Below are positions 50,993 to 64,000 of a stretch of 64,000 nucleotides of DNA, in pieces. The stretch's first letter is position 1, and each line of letters starts with the position of its first letter. Origin of the DNA: Squalus acanthias (Eukaryota); NCBI GenBank assembly GCA_030390025.1, contig CM059430.1:40362001-40426000 (forward strand), written 5' to 3'. A program made the position numbers and the translations under genes. The notes under the pieces are model-generated. The model was not told where the DNA came from and searched no databases. It saw only the letters and a program-made list of their open reading frames with translations.

Positions 50993-52879
50993 AGCCAGGG
51001 AATCAATACCTTCAGGAGCGGAGAGAACAAAGAAAATTGACAAGATAACAATAACTTTGTAAAAGAATGTGTATTAGTTTTCAACAAAATGCTCTCTGCC
51101 TGTCAGCTGACCCCATTATAACCCTGCTCTAACATCATAATGTTGTAACAACCCTCTTTCTACAAAGTGATGTCAATCCATGTATCAAAACTGAATGATC
51201 ATAATAATGGCAATTAGTAGTGATAACAAATAATGGTGGTTGGAACAGATGATACATACTCTTTTTTTAAAAATGTTCATTAATTTTCCCTTCAATTTTC
51301 ACCTTTGACTCCTCCTTTCATGAACACATTGGTACAGTTCTGCGTGGGTGGTACCCTCCAATACCATGCCCCAGGTAACCATTCTTTATGTGTGAGTCTG
51401 AACGGTCAGTGGGCTAATCAGCTCAAGGGCATCATAGTTGAGCCCAGTCCTGACCTCACCCACTGTCCACACGTATGTACTTTCCAGCAGGGTAGCCTGC
51501 ACTGCAATCAGGAGCAAGAAAAACAGCAAATTTTCCCTTCCCTAGCTTGGGGTCAACTGTAGTGCCTCTATCATTACCCTGGCTGAGACTAACAACCTCA
51601 TATTCTAAAGGCAGAACTCAAATGAGAAAGCTTGGAAGTGGAAAAATAAGTCATGAATTTCTATATATTCTTAATAAAAAGAACACTTGGAATGTATTTG
51701 TGACTGTAACACACTCAAAATTCATATTGGTTGAGTTTCGCTGTTATGTCATCTTAGTGTGTTATAGTTTTGCAACATGCTCGCAGCCATCTGTAATACT
51801 CTCTACTATTTTATTTCTTAGTTGGTGGCACTTAAAGTTCATTTTCATAGTGAATGTAGCTATACATTGCTATCCCCGATGCTTTAGTTGTGTGATACTT
51901 CATCATACAAACCAGGAAGCCCTTAATCCTGACACCTGGTCTGTGCTAAATTAAGTGATTTCAGCCTGGGCATTAATGACTCCACTGTGACAGCTGGAGA
52001 GTTCAGTCATATTGCAAATCAAAAGGTAGACTGCATTTTAAATATCTATATATGTAAAGGGTTTTGGTAGCCACTTTAATTTTGTTTATTGCAAGTTTGG
52101 ATTATCTGGGTTAAGCGGGAATCCACATTCCTCAAGTATGGATGGAAATGCCACAGGGGGTTTGGTCTGCCTTTTGTTTGTGCAGATGACTGCAAGCAAT
52201 CACCTCAGCCATTTTTTTTGTTTATTCACTTAAATCAGACCCATGACAAAGTGTTGCAGTTCTGGAGGCTACAGATGCTTCCGACCATTCCTAGTGGCTG
52301 GGCTATTACAGTTGGCTTTGTTCTGTATAAAAACTGGCCAGGTTCCATTGTATCTTTTGTTTGATGCATGACAAAGGCCTGTGAAACCTGTACTTAAGTA
52401 ACCTGGCTCTCATGGCAAGGGGAGGGTTGCACCATGGGATATCTTTAGGGGTAGGAATTGATTAATAACACCATGCTCAGGCAGGAGGATATAGTTTCTC
52501 CCAATTCAACCGTTCTTCTGGTTCCAATGATGTAGAGGAAAACACCTGAAAGCTTCATGGGAGTGGACTAAACCTCACACATAAGTTTTGTGTTATGGAC
52601 CCTAGGCCAGATTTGGAGAGTTAGTTAAGTGTCAAGTCTTTCACTATGTTTGTATCGGAGTTAAAAGTCCTTTGATTTTCTGCTACTGTTCAACTTTTAC
52701 TTTAAATAAACTTGATTCATAGTCTATAGCCTAAGTTGCATGGTCTCATAGTGATGATTCTTCCATTATAAAAACATTTGGAAAATATGAAACGGCTTGT
52801 GTTATTTTCCATTATCTTTGACCCCTGAGCAATGCTACATTAACAAATTACCAGGTGCATATAAGGTCACCTTTTGAAA

Positions 52880-53303
52880 GAAAGAACTTGCATTTATATA
52901 GCACCTTTCAGATCCTCAGAATGTTTCAAAGTGCTTTACAACCAATCAATTACTTTTGAAGTGCAGTCACTGTTGTTTTGTAGGCAAATGCGACAGCTAA
53001 TCTATGTGCAGCAAGGTCCCACAAACAGAAACGAGATTAGGACCAGTTAATCTGTTTTGTTGGTGTTGGTTGAGGGATAAATGTTGGCTAGGACACCAGG
53101 AGAACTCTCATGTTCTTCTTCAAACCTGAACAGGCAGACGAGGCTTCAGTCTCATCCGTAAGACAGTACCTCCAACAATTCAACGTTCCCTAAGTACTGC
53201 ATTGAAGTGTCATCTTAGATTACATGCCCATGTCCTGGAGTGAGGTTGAGCCCATGACTTTCTGACTCAGAGGCAAAGGCGCTACTAGTGAGCCAAGCTG
53301 ACA
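52880..53303 (-). mobile_element. Deu-domain SINE (SacSINE1/AmnSINE-like)
   Basis: Colinear with the copy at 15695-16143. Confidence 0.8.
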
Positions 53304-56300
53304 TAATAGTTTGTAGGGAGCAAAAGCTCACTTATGGGAACAGTCCTTGGCACTGAGCACAAGAGAAATAATCTGATGAGAGCTTAAAAATTGTAACAGG
53401 TGCTAGAATTGGCCTCAGTGTCCAGGAGTTTGGGAAGGGAAATATCTGTCAGGGTTTCTACTCCTGATCACTGTTGAAAGATCCCACTGTAAAATCTTCA
53501 TGTATAGATGTAAGGAGAGAACAAGATCAGGCTTAACTGTGACGTTAACAGACTGGTGACATTCGCCGTTTAGGCTCACGCATGAAGAAATGGCTACTTG
53601 GGTGAGGGACCCAGGTAGCTGCCAATACCTGTAGAACAGTACTCCAGCACAAGTCAGGAGAACAAGGCAGAAACAGTGAAAGAAAATGAAATGTAACCAC
53701 AGCCAGGAATTTCTCAAATATGATTTCTCTTCATTATATAAAAATAGTTTCTCACAATGTGCCCCTTCAGTTCAAAAGCAGCTCACTAATCAAAATATAA
53801 AGTGTATGCAGAAATCCCATTGTGACAAAACAAACCAATGCTACAAGGATCAGAAGCCCTGTGGAAGAAAACAATACTGATGTTTTGCATTAACTAGTCC
53901 TTGTGCGTATCTGCTTTCAGTACACTGCAGTTACTTTTAGCACTGCTTATATCCAGCCTACTTGTTCCCTATACACAGCTTAACCCTTTGATCAGTGGAT
54001 AACTCATTCAGCTGGTATGTGTAAACAGCAATGATAAAAGGCTACAAGAGAATCAAAATGCCAGACAACAAGCAATAAAATCCAACTGAACATTGTTTCT
54101 GAAGATATGTACTAATGGAATGTTTTACTGCTTCCTGTTTTCAACTTTGAAGTAAATTAGCAATAAAAAGCACTTTTTAAAACAACAAACATTTCAAGTT
54201 AAAAGGAATAAATGGAGGAATGATACAGTGTAATGTCAAAATGGTACATCCCACTTGCTTCACAAAGCAATGAGAATACCGTTATTAGTGTTGTTAATAC
54301 GATTTTTCATAATCTTTTCTGATGTACCATAAGCAACACAAAGCTTCCTCCGTTTAAGGGAAATTTACCGTTTTATTCCCAGTTCTCTTTCAGCAGCAGT
54401 TCCTACATTCTGTGCAGGATAAACAAGCAGTGAAGCAAACAGCCGATTGAATAGAATTTATAGCGGTGCGTTTTTGGGTGATTTGTAAATGATTGCACGA
54501 GATGATATCAGGCAGGGTTTCGGGTTCACAGCTTTTGGAAACAGTTCTGTTTAAGAAGTATTATTTGCAAAGTGTGTTTTTTTCCTAATGATGCATTTGG
54601 ATGTATTTAACAAAAGAACACCTGGATGAGGTTTAAAGAACAATGGTAGTCAACATATTTGAGCAGCTCTGCTCATCCTTCTGTGCAAATGCCCCAAATA
54701 CAATGAGATTCTTAAGCATACAAACTGCACTCATTTTCATTGATAGGGATCCTGGAATGAGTTGTGAATGGGAAGTATGTTGTTTATTTCAGGATAACTG
54801 CAATACATTTTTTTTAGCTTAAACAGACCTGATTAAAAAAATATTCTGGAGGGATACCATTAGATATAATACTTTGACAAGGAACTACTATATTACAATG
54901 AAACTTATGCGCAAGGTTTCTTTAGACAAGCAATAAGCATGTGCAAATAAAAGTTCCTTCAATGAACAAATGAAATGAGGATCATATTACACCATTTGTA
55001 GCTTTATCTAAAATGTTATCTCTGATCTATGGTTCATTTTATAACACTGCCAGTACATTTGAAAATGCACAAGATAAGGGTCTCAATCTCAAGGATTAAT
55101 CTAGGCTAGTTTCTGCAACAATTTGACCTCACAGATGACTTTGGATAGTATTACTTGTTTGAGTCCTCAAAACAATTATCAAGGGACAGTTAGAAAACGC
55201 TGCTTTAATGGTGCAAACTGCAATTGCTTGTTGTAACAAAAGACTAAATGTTGACCCCTGAGATTTTAAAACTGGAAAAATACTGTCACAACGCTGATGC
55301 TGCTCTGACGACAGATAGGAAGTGAAGTCACTGAAATGAATTAAACAAAAGGAAAGATAGCCTCTGACAAACAAGTACACAAAAGGAGAGAATGGAATGC
55401 ATTGTGCCAAGAGTCTGCTTTCTTTAAGAGTTTTGACCATCTGTTTTATTAAACAGCATGCTGCTACCATTATAAGTCAAAAATAGGTTTCCTGCAAAAA
55501 GCACCAGTACAGTACTAAATCGGAACAAGGAGGGGAAAAAGAATTTGCCAGTGTAAAGACATGGCACTTTTTTGTTGCATGCATATTAGTTTCGAATTCA
55601 AAGGCAGAGAGAGCAGGAAGACAGAGAAGGCACCAATAGAAGGCAATTTCTCTTTGTTATCAAGTGAAATGACTCAACAAATATGACAATAAATCACTGT
55701 AGAAATCAATCTGAGTGTAGGCAACTGCTCTGGGCTGATAATGCATCAATCAATATTTAATGTTTACACTTTAATTAATCCACGGTCAAGAAGCATTCTT
55801 TCAGTGACAAAATAGTGATTTGGAATAAAGCACCTTTTATATCAAATGCATACAAGTTGCTGGCTATCTATTACTCTTTGATTTGACCGCCAATTGATCA
55901 TCATGCCCTTTCAAATTTCATGAGCGTACGTTGTGACAAAAGCTGGGATACAACATAAATACAATCTTTGGAGCCTTGTTTTTTTTAATAAAATCTGGTT
56001 ACAGCAGATTACAGTATAATTAGAAAAAAGACAGGAAACATAGAGAGTAGCAAAATGCATAGGTGTTCAAAATCAGAGATGCTGCTCAGCATGAAAGGTA
56101 GTTAGTATTCTGACTATTCAAACAGTAGAGAAATCGCAAATACTAGCAGTGCACATACACACATGTGCAAACACACAGAGATACACGCTCATACACACGT
56201 GTGCACACACATTGATAAAATGATCATATAGAGGACACTTATTACAATTATTGCATTAAATAAAAATAAATATAAGGGACTGCATTACTATAGTTTAGTA

Positions 56301-56462
56301 CTGAGTTCTGGTTTGTCATGTGGAAGGCTTCTTAGATGAAAAATGATTTACAGGAAAAAAACACCTCTGAGCAAGCTGTCACAGAGAAAAGTTAGTACAC
56401 ATCAAGAACAGGTTCTCCACATCTTCCCTTGTTGATATTTCAGACTGTAGAGAGGGGGTGGC

Positions 56463-57414
56463 ACAACAACAACAACATGTATTTATATAGTGCCTTTAAC
56501 CAAGGCGTTTCACAGGAGCATTATTAAACAAAATTTGACACCGAGCCACATAAGGAGATATTAGGGCCGATGACCAAAAGCTTGGTCAAAGAGATTGCTT
56601 TTAAGGAACGTCTTAAAGGAGGAAAGAGAGGGAGAGAGGCGGAGAGGTTTAGGGAGGGAATTCCAAAGCTTAGGGTCTTGGCAGCTGAAGGCATGGCCAC
56701 CAATAGTTGAGCGATTAAAATCGGAGATGCTCAAGAGGGCAGAATTAGAGAAGCGCAGATATCTCGGAGGATTGTGGGGCTGGAGGAGATTACAGAGATA
56801 GGAAGGGGCGAGGCCATGGAGGGATTTGAATACAAGGATATCGAGGCATTGCTTAACCGGGAGCCAATGTAGGTCAGCGAGCACAGGGGTGATGGGTGAA
56901 CGGGACTTGGTGCGAGTTAGGACACGGGCAGCAGAGTTTTGGATGACCTCAAGTTTACAGAGGGTAGAACGTGGAGGCCGGCCAGGAGTGTGTTGGAATA
57001 GTCAAGTATAGAGGTAAGAAAGGCACGGATGAGGGTTTCAGATGAGCTGAGACAGGGGTGAGTCGGGCGATGCTCTGGAGGTGGAAATAGGTGATCTTAG
57101 TGATGGCACGGATATGTGGTCGGAAGCTCATTTCGGGTCCATCCTCATGTCTCAGATTAAATAGATTAAATAGATTAAACAGATTATGATTCAAATTCCT
57201 GTTCCTGTGTCAAGGTAACCTACTAATACATACATCGGACTGTGATTTTATCCATTTGTGCTGTCAAGTTTGTGCAAGAGTGATTCTCATCATAAAATTC
57301 TTCAGATCCAACACCAAGGTTGCAAACAGTCTGGTTCAGCCTCAGAGAGTTGCCGGATAGAGGGATGTAATCGGTGGCTAGGGAACGGAGTTTGTGGCGG
57401 GGACCAAAGACAAT
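56463..57414 (-). mobile_element. L2 LINE 3' portion, interrupted at 57138-57309
   Basis: LADLHWLPV...STIGGHAFSCQDPKLWNSLP and (TTG)n tail. It continues on the far side of the Harbinger insertion. Confidence 0.9.
57138..57309 (-). repeat. Inverted copy of 59526-59688 inserted in L2
   Basis: The reverse complement aligns end to end with 59526-59688, with a few substitutions and one extra 9-bp AGATTAAAT unit. Confidence 0.9.
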
Positions 57415-59126
57415 GGGCTGGATTTTACGAACCTCAGCGGGTCCGTGGTGGGCGACGCCAGTGGCGGGTCCCGGCCCCGGCTGCTGGCTCCATCCCGGCC
57501 TCTGAAATAAATTTACCGTGATGGGGCTTGTTAAGCCCGCCCAGCGCGTTTCCCGGCCAATTAGAGGAAGCGGGTCTGGTGACGTCATTTGATGATGCGT
57601 CATGAGCCTGTTTCCTTAAAGGGACTATGGCCAACTTTATTTTGATATTTGTGCTGTCAGTGTTCTACAGCATTGAGGTGCTGCAAACATTGACAAGCAC
57701 TGCACAAAGGTGCAGGCTGCACCCAGGCTCTCCCATGACTCTCTCCGCAGGGAGGTCCTCTTCCCTTCCCATGGGCGGAAAAGACCTCCCCAGGAGATCA
57801 ACACAGCCTGGTTGCACATTGCAGAGGAGGGCACAAGCCGGGATGTGGTCAGGTGGATCTGGGTGCAGTGCCGCAAACGTTTCAATGATCTCAGTAGATC
57901 ACGAAACATTAGTACAAAGCCACACTCAACCTCATCCTGCTGTGCCACTCATCACATCCCCATCACTCTGCCTTCCCTACCCTACTCCTGCACATCCTTC
58001 TCACACCAACTTACCTTGCACCTCCACCCATCCCTCTCTATCTACATTATCAATCCCCATCTCACTAGCCACCCATCACACCCACCCTCATCCCAGTGCA
58101 ATCATACCAACTAACAACACACAAGGGTAGGCACTTGGGTATTTTATGCAATGTTCATGTAAAGTTTCTGTTAATGTGCTGTCAAACATTGAAACTTTTA
58201 TTTTCAACACTTTGCGTTCTTGGACAGATTTGTGTGCACCTTTGGAAGTGGCTTAGTGAGTTGCAGTGAATGGTGAGACATAACGGTACCCCCTGCAATG
58301 GTCATGAGTGTGAAAGGAATGGCTTGGGCATTGTAGGGATGCTTTATGGTGTTGGTGTGGGGTGGTGCCAACCTGGCGCATCATGTGGCAGCCAGGGTAT
58401 ACAGCGTTAAGTGAAGTAAATGTGGCCATGGTCGGGTGCTGATGCCCTGTGTCCTGTGCAGCATCAGTTGATTGCGGAGAAGGTTGGTGGTGTTGTTGGT
58501 GCTGCTGGTGTGCCTGGTGCTGTCGGTGTTGGGGCTGATCGTGGTGGGATTCTGAGGACCAAGGTGAGACAGTATAAAGGGCACCCATGCTGATGGAATA
58601 GATGGCAGGTGAAGTAGAGATGACAGAAGCAATCTGTCAATGGTGGGAGAGGTAATGAGGTCAGACTGGATGGAGACTTGTGTAAAGACTTGCAGCATCC
58701 TGAATCTGTAGTGGAAATGCAGTTTAGAGAAGCTAGTGGTTAGCATTTCTCAATCAGCTGGGAGCTTTGACTTGACATATGAAGCTGTCAACTCATCAGC
58801 AGATTCAATGGCCACTGACCTCCCGCCTCAGCTTCACAGACGAGATCTAGGCACAGCGGGAAACCGGTGGGCGACCTGTCAAATCCAAAAAGCTGGGAAA
58901 AAAATAATTGATAAGTGGCTGTAAAGAAGCCACTAATGATTTTAATTGCCTCCCCTGCCGCTGCGTGTCAGGTCTGCTCAGCGCTGGCAGACCCGACATT
59001 TGGTAAAGGCACATGTGGCAGGCAGCGGGGTCCCGACCTGCTGGGAAAAAAAACTTTCCCACCCGACCCGCTACCAGTTGCGCCCACTGACCGCCCCCCC
59101 CCCCCCCCCCCGGCAAAATCTAGCCC
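57415..59126 (+). mobile_element. Non-autonomous PIF/Harbinger element with Myb/SANT-like DNA-binding ORF
   Basis: TIRs GGGCTGGATTTT / AAAATCTAGCCC (11/12) and 3-bp TSD AAT (57412-57414, 59127-59129). ORF 57710-58114 contains RREVLFP...AWLHIAEE...WVQCRKRFNDL. Removing the element restores continuous L2 sequence. Confidence 0.88.
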
Positions 59127-59313
59127 AATGGCTTCTGTCTTCCCAATATTTAATTGGAGGAAATTACTGCTCATCCAGTACTGGATGTCAGACAAGCAGT
59201 CTGACAATTTAGAGACAGTGGAGGGGTCGAGAGAGATGGTGGTGAGGTAGAGCTGGGTGTCGTATGTGTACATGTGGAAAATGACACTGTGTTTTCGGAT
59301 GATGTCGCCAAGG
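59127..59313 (-). mobile_element. L2 LINE, continuation
   Basis: YDTQLYL...LSDCLSDIQYWMSSNFLQLNIGKTEAI joins the L2 sequence at 57414. Confidence 0.88.
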
Positions 59314-59525
59314 TCATCATGATGTCAGAAATTAAATAAACATATTAGTGGGTTGAAGTCTGGCATTTGATTGTTGCAAGGAAATATTTCCTTAAACAGT
59401 GTTTTACACATCATTACGTTCTTGCATTGCTACTTTCCCACATCACCAGTTTCCAAAGTGAAATTTATCTGAGGAAAGTAGGTATCTTTTCCATGGTGTG
59501 TGTCGATTTAAAAACTTGTGTTCAC

Positions 59526-59688
59526 GGATCTGAAGAATTTTATGATGAGAATCACTCTTGCACAAACTTGACAGCACGAATGGATAAAATCACAGTCCGA
59601 TGCATGCATTAGTAGGGTACCTTGACACAGGAACAGGAATTTGAATCAGAATCTGTTTAATCTATTTAATCTGAGACATGGGGATGGA
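59526..59688 (+). repeat. Partner of the inverted repeat at 57138-57309
   Basis: GGATCTGAAGAATTTTATGATGAG...CTGAGACATGGGGATGGA. Confidence 0.9.
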
Positions 59689-59949
59689 TGTTTTTATTCC
59701 CAGATTACATCAGAGTACATTCCTACCAATCCTCACCGAGCATTATTATTCAGGTCAGAAGCATATTCTGAATCAATCAGAATGTGCAGTTGTCGTTCCA
59801 ATGTAACTTTACATTGGTACCTGGAGTGATTTTGGTGGCATTAATCTGAGTACTAATTTGAGCTAAACAACGTTTGTATTCAGCATCTGAAATGCAGTTA
59901 TGAAGCCTGGAAATATGATTGGCAGGCTGATGCCATCTATTCACCACAT

Positions 59950-60358
59950 AAGGGTTGTTCTCCTTAGAGCAGAGAAAGTTAAGAGGAGATTTGATAGAGG
60001 TGTTCAAAATCATGAATGGTTTTGATTGAGTAAATAAGGAGAAACTGTTTCCAGTGGTAGAAAGGTCAGTAACCGGAGGACACAGATTTAAGGTGATTGG
60101 CAAAAGACCCAGAGGCGACATGATGAAACATTTTTTTACACAGCAAGTTGTTGTGATCTGGAATGCACTGGCCTGAAAGGTGGTGGAAGCATATTCAACA
60201 GAAAAATTCAAAAGAGAATTCAATACTTACTTGAAGGGATAAATATTACAGGGCTATGGGAGAGAGCAGGGGAGTGGGATTAATTGGCTAGCTCTACCAA
60301 AGAGCCAGCACAGGCATGATGGGCCAAATGTCCTCCTTCTGAACTGTATCATTCCATA
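59950..60358 (+). mobile_element. CR1 LINE 3' fragment
   Basis: LRGDLIEVFKIMNG...TGGHRFK...FFTQQVVVIWNAL and CR1-type tail. Confidence 0.85.
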
Positions 60359-60924
60359 TTGCCTTAAGACAATGGGCAGATTGTAAGCTGAATATGAACA
60401 TGACAGTAAACTCCTATTTCTGCTGCATCAAGCCATTCAGAGTGAATGTATCGCCTGGTGTTTTATGGAGCCATACAGACCAGAAAGGTCCCAGGTTCAG
60501 TTCCAAGTCTGTGCTGAATTAGATGACTTCAGATGGTTCAGCAGTTCAGGTCTTAGAATTGTTTCCCGGGAGGCAAAAGCAGCCAGGGTCCCAGTCCTGG
60601 TTATCACCTTGCTGGAAAGTGCCCGTGTGTGTGCACATTGTGTGAAGATAGGATGACATTACATGGCCCCCACGTTACAAAGCCTGATGACACTCATTGT
60701 CTGGGCCCTCACATGAATTGGCCTCTTGATTGCGGTCCTAGAGGCCTACACCGCCTATGGAACTGTACCCCAACACGAGAGAGGGAAGGAAAAAATCAGA
60801 AAAGTTGCATTGCTGTTATATAAAATCTACCACAGTAGAGATAAAATAATAGTTATTATTAATGCATCACAGATCTTTGACAAGAGAAAAAGATACAAAT
60901 TATGCAAAATAATTATATAGAGAC

Positions 60925-61092
60925 CTAGAAGTTCTGTATGGTTCTCCCATAACTCTGGTGGGAGATTGGTGGAACCCTCAGAGAATCAGAGTAAATGGCT
61001 GCACATTGCCACTTATGCCATTTCCCTGTGGGTTCTGCTTGTCTCCTGCTGGAGTTACAACAGGAGATTAGGAGAACCCCATAGAATTTCAG
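60925..61092. repeat. Short palindromic MITE-like element
   Basis: GAAGTTCTGTATGGTTCTCC / GGAGAACCCCATAGAATTTC, TAACTCTGGTGGGAGA / TCTCCTGCTGGAGTTA and AAATGGC / GCCATTT pair symmetrically. Confidence 0.6.
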
Positions 61093-61479
61093 TGCCATAT
61101 ATTTCATTCAAAAAGTGTACATTCTATCATGGGGTTGCTTCGACCCCAAATACAAATCATTTTCAAGCTGGTTATGCAACTGGTTAAAATATTTAGCTCT
61201 GAGATTGCTAGTAGTTGTAACATTTGAAAAATGCTGGCTGAAATTGTGCATGAGGTTGTTATAAATGGCCTGAAACTGCCAGTAACACTTACAACATCCA
61301 ATGTTTTGGAGCAGGAATCAAAAAATAAACAGTACTTTCAAATATTACTGTATGCCATGGAGCCAAAAGTCGGCAACATCAGGACCGACTGTAAAAATAG
61401 GTTCCACTTGGGGTTGTAACAAGAACATACAAACAAGGAAAGTAGGGCTGCCACCTTCTGCCCAATCCAAAACCACATG

Positions 61480-61865
61480 GCAACAGGTCATTGATTTGAA
61501 AATCCTCATCCTTATTTAAATATCACTCCAATGCCCCACTTCACCCGACCTCTGAAACCTCTTCCAATTCTACATCTGGACTAGTCTCTCCTCACTCCCT
61601 CTACTCCTACATCTACAGCAGAGCCTTCAGACACGACAGACCTGCTCCCTCTAATTTTCTTGTAAAACCCAGCCACCTTGCCTTATCTCTTCCCACCTTC
61701 AAAAGCCTCCTCGAAACCTGCCTCTTTGACCTCGCCTTCAGCCTCCTCTCCTAACCCTTCTCCCAATTTCAGTTCAGTATCTGAACTTTCCCCTCCCTTT
61801 TGTGAAGCACCTTGAAACTTTTTTGCTACATCAAAGGCACTGCAAAAGTAAACGTTGCAATTGTT
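61480..61865 (+). mobile_element. Old L2 3' fragment
   Basis: TTTGAAAATCCTCATCCTT, AGAGCCTTCAG, CCTTCAAAAGCCTCCTCGAAACCTGCCTCTTTGACC and TGTGAAGCACCTTG are colinear with the other L2 ends. Confidence 0.65.
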
Positions 61866-64000
61866 AAAAATAAACTACACATACCCGAAATGGGGCTGAT
61901 TGGGTGGGCAAATGCATGGCCAGTCTGCCCGTGCACATGCACAGCCTTCTCTAATGCACAAGCTTGACTATTACTGGCTGGTTTTCAGCTATCAAAATAA
62001 TCGTCAGCCACCTAGAACTAGATGTCCCTGCTGAATACATGATGGCTATTCACTAGGCTCAACAAGCCTGCCCCTTTTTGATGAGCTTTTCACTTAAAAC
62101 CCTCAATATGGCAACCATTTACTTTTGAAAAGTAACAAAAGCTGTTTCACAGGTCTGCGGAGAGTATTATAATGCCCTCCATACTTATAATACTGCTCAG
62201 GAACATTTAACAGAAAATAGTTTTAAACAAATGGGGCATGATTTTCCTCAGGTGATGGTTGTGATGCCAGAAATATTACTACTACCTGGTTAGTAGTTTC
62301 CTTGAAAATGCCAGTGCGCGAGTTAATGATATAAATGTGAACTTTATGAACCTTACATGCTGTAGTGTACAATTTTTTCTTTAATGCCATTAGAGAGCAG
62401 TGGGTACGTTGTCCCATCACATAATTAAAGATTACATTTCAATTTTTTTTAAAGTTCAAAAATTCCCATATATGTAGTTAGAATGCAATGGTTAGGACTC
62501 TAGATCGCAGCCATGGCTGCATCATCCCAGGGTATTTCGGCGTTTGAGAGTGACAGCAAGATTAACACCCTTTGGCAAGTCCGAAAACTGAACAAGTGAC
62601 AAGATAACGATAGGGCAGAGAATGGAATTAAACTGGAGTTTTGAACCCTAAATACTGTGCTGGTGGTGTATAGCCTTTCCTCAGTCATGCAATCAGGTGT
62701 GCTGGCCCTCTCACCTGATGTGCAGTGTGTCATATTTTGCAGTAAAGAAACTGGCCAGCATTCTGGAGGCTGTGCTGACACCCAGTGAAAACCTCATTAG
62801 GTCATCGATCATCTCCCAGGTCAAGTAGAAACCAATCCCAGGCCTATGCTAAGCTCGGACTCTTGCCAGATGTTGCTGTTCCCTAGCAGCCATCTCTACT
62901 TCCTTCTCATTTGTGATAGGTGCTTCATCCAAGTGCTCTATCCTCAAACTCACTATCTAATTGCACTGGGATGTTTGGATCTGTGGATGCTTGTGCCAGG
63001 TGGAGTGTGTGATGTAACATGTGGTCAGTCATGAGTGCCACAGGTCCTGGGAGACCACCTTAGGAAACCTCAGAAGAGAAAAGGAAGACATGTTGCTCTA
63101 TTTTCTGGATAGAATGTCTTCTAACAGAGGTAAGATGCCAAATATTGTGTGGCATACTGCTATTGTGCAATGTATGCCTCTGTGTTACTGAGTAACACCG
63201 AGACTAATAAATAGAAGATATTAGCTGTGTGGTGGCATCAAGCTCTGCTTCCCCTACTCCTCCCACAGATTCTTGTCCCAAGATACCTGGTGCCACCTCC
63301 TTGAAGCATGACAGCTGCTTGAAGTTCACAGGTCCACCTCCAGTGCTACTTCACATCCGATGGTTATGTACGATCTTCTCCTGAAAGCAGATGCAAGACA
63401 TCCAAATCCCTTGCGGCCAGTGACTCCATTACCATGTAGCCTGCATGTAGTTTCTGTTGGCAGTGTTCTTAATGATCACACCTTTCAACATTTAAAGGGT
63501 GATTTTCATCTTAGTACCGCTCCTTTTTTCATCATTAACAAAATAGCGAGACAACATTTTCTTTTACAAAGTCACCGCTAATTTGTACCCCAAGACTCGT
63601 CCAAGGCGATTTTTGAGCCAGCCTTGATATAGGCAGCCAGCACTCCCGCCCAAAACAGATGGGAGCCTCTTAATATATTTGAATGGCTGTATATCTCAAG
63701 ATTCTTTTGGCTTTCTTGATTACTGCTCAGCAGTGGTTGAACATGTTGAGCATTGAGTTTACTCAGTCTCCTCAGTCTCTTTCATACTTTATCCAGAGCT
63801 ATTTCAACACCATTCAGGTAGCTGTTTTCCAGTGGGACTCTTATGATAGAGGTAAATCTCACCCTACCAGCTACACAGATTTATTACAACTACCTAGGTA
63901 TAAAATAAATATTGTGCCACTGGTGGCACAGCCCTTAGCAACTGCTAAGAGAAAATGAAGCTCACAATATTTGTATATTTTATTTTGAGACTTAGGGTAT

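Noticed and set aside
59540-59676. Box C/D snoRNA (ATGATGA at 59542, CTGA at 59671) within the inverted repeat
   Set aside because: There is no terminal stem, recognisable rRNA guide or host intron, so the motifs may be chance. An Rfam/snoscan run would settle it.

Overview
Vertebrate genomic DNA, most likely a shark or other elasmobranch, judged from HE1/V-SINE and Deu-domain SINE copies plus CR1, L2, Penelope and Harbinger elements. The one confidently identified gene is a complete three-exon SALL1 on the minus strand (CDS 41655-41583, 32860-29436, 27826-27386; 1312 aa by my exon arithmetic). It sits in a largely transposon-free, partly CpG-retaining domain (~20-49 kb) with several candidate conserved non-coding elements. 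A second CpG-rich promoter (two perfect CREs plus a YY1-type motif) at ~20.1 kb has a plausible minus-strand first and second exon that I cannot assign to a known gene. The flanks are repeat-rich. They hold an apparently intact Penelope RT/GIY-YIG frame, three Harbinger-derived elements, a hAT element with TIRs/TSD, a 35-bp palindrome-core minisatellite, and an L2 fragment carrying both a Harbinger insertion and a ~170-bp inverted copy of nearby DNA. I found no clear new multi-gene system. The best leads are the orphan transcription unit, the SALL1 N-terminal isoform options and the local inverted duplication. Repeat boundaries were read by eye and are approximate unless TIRs/TSDs are given.
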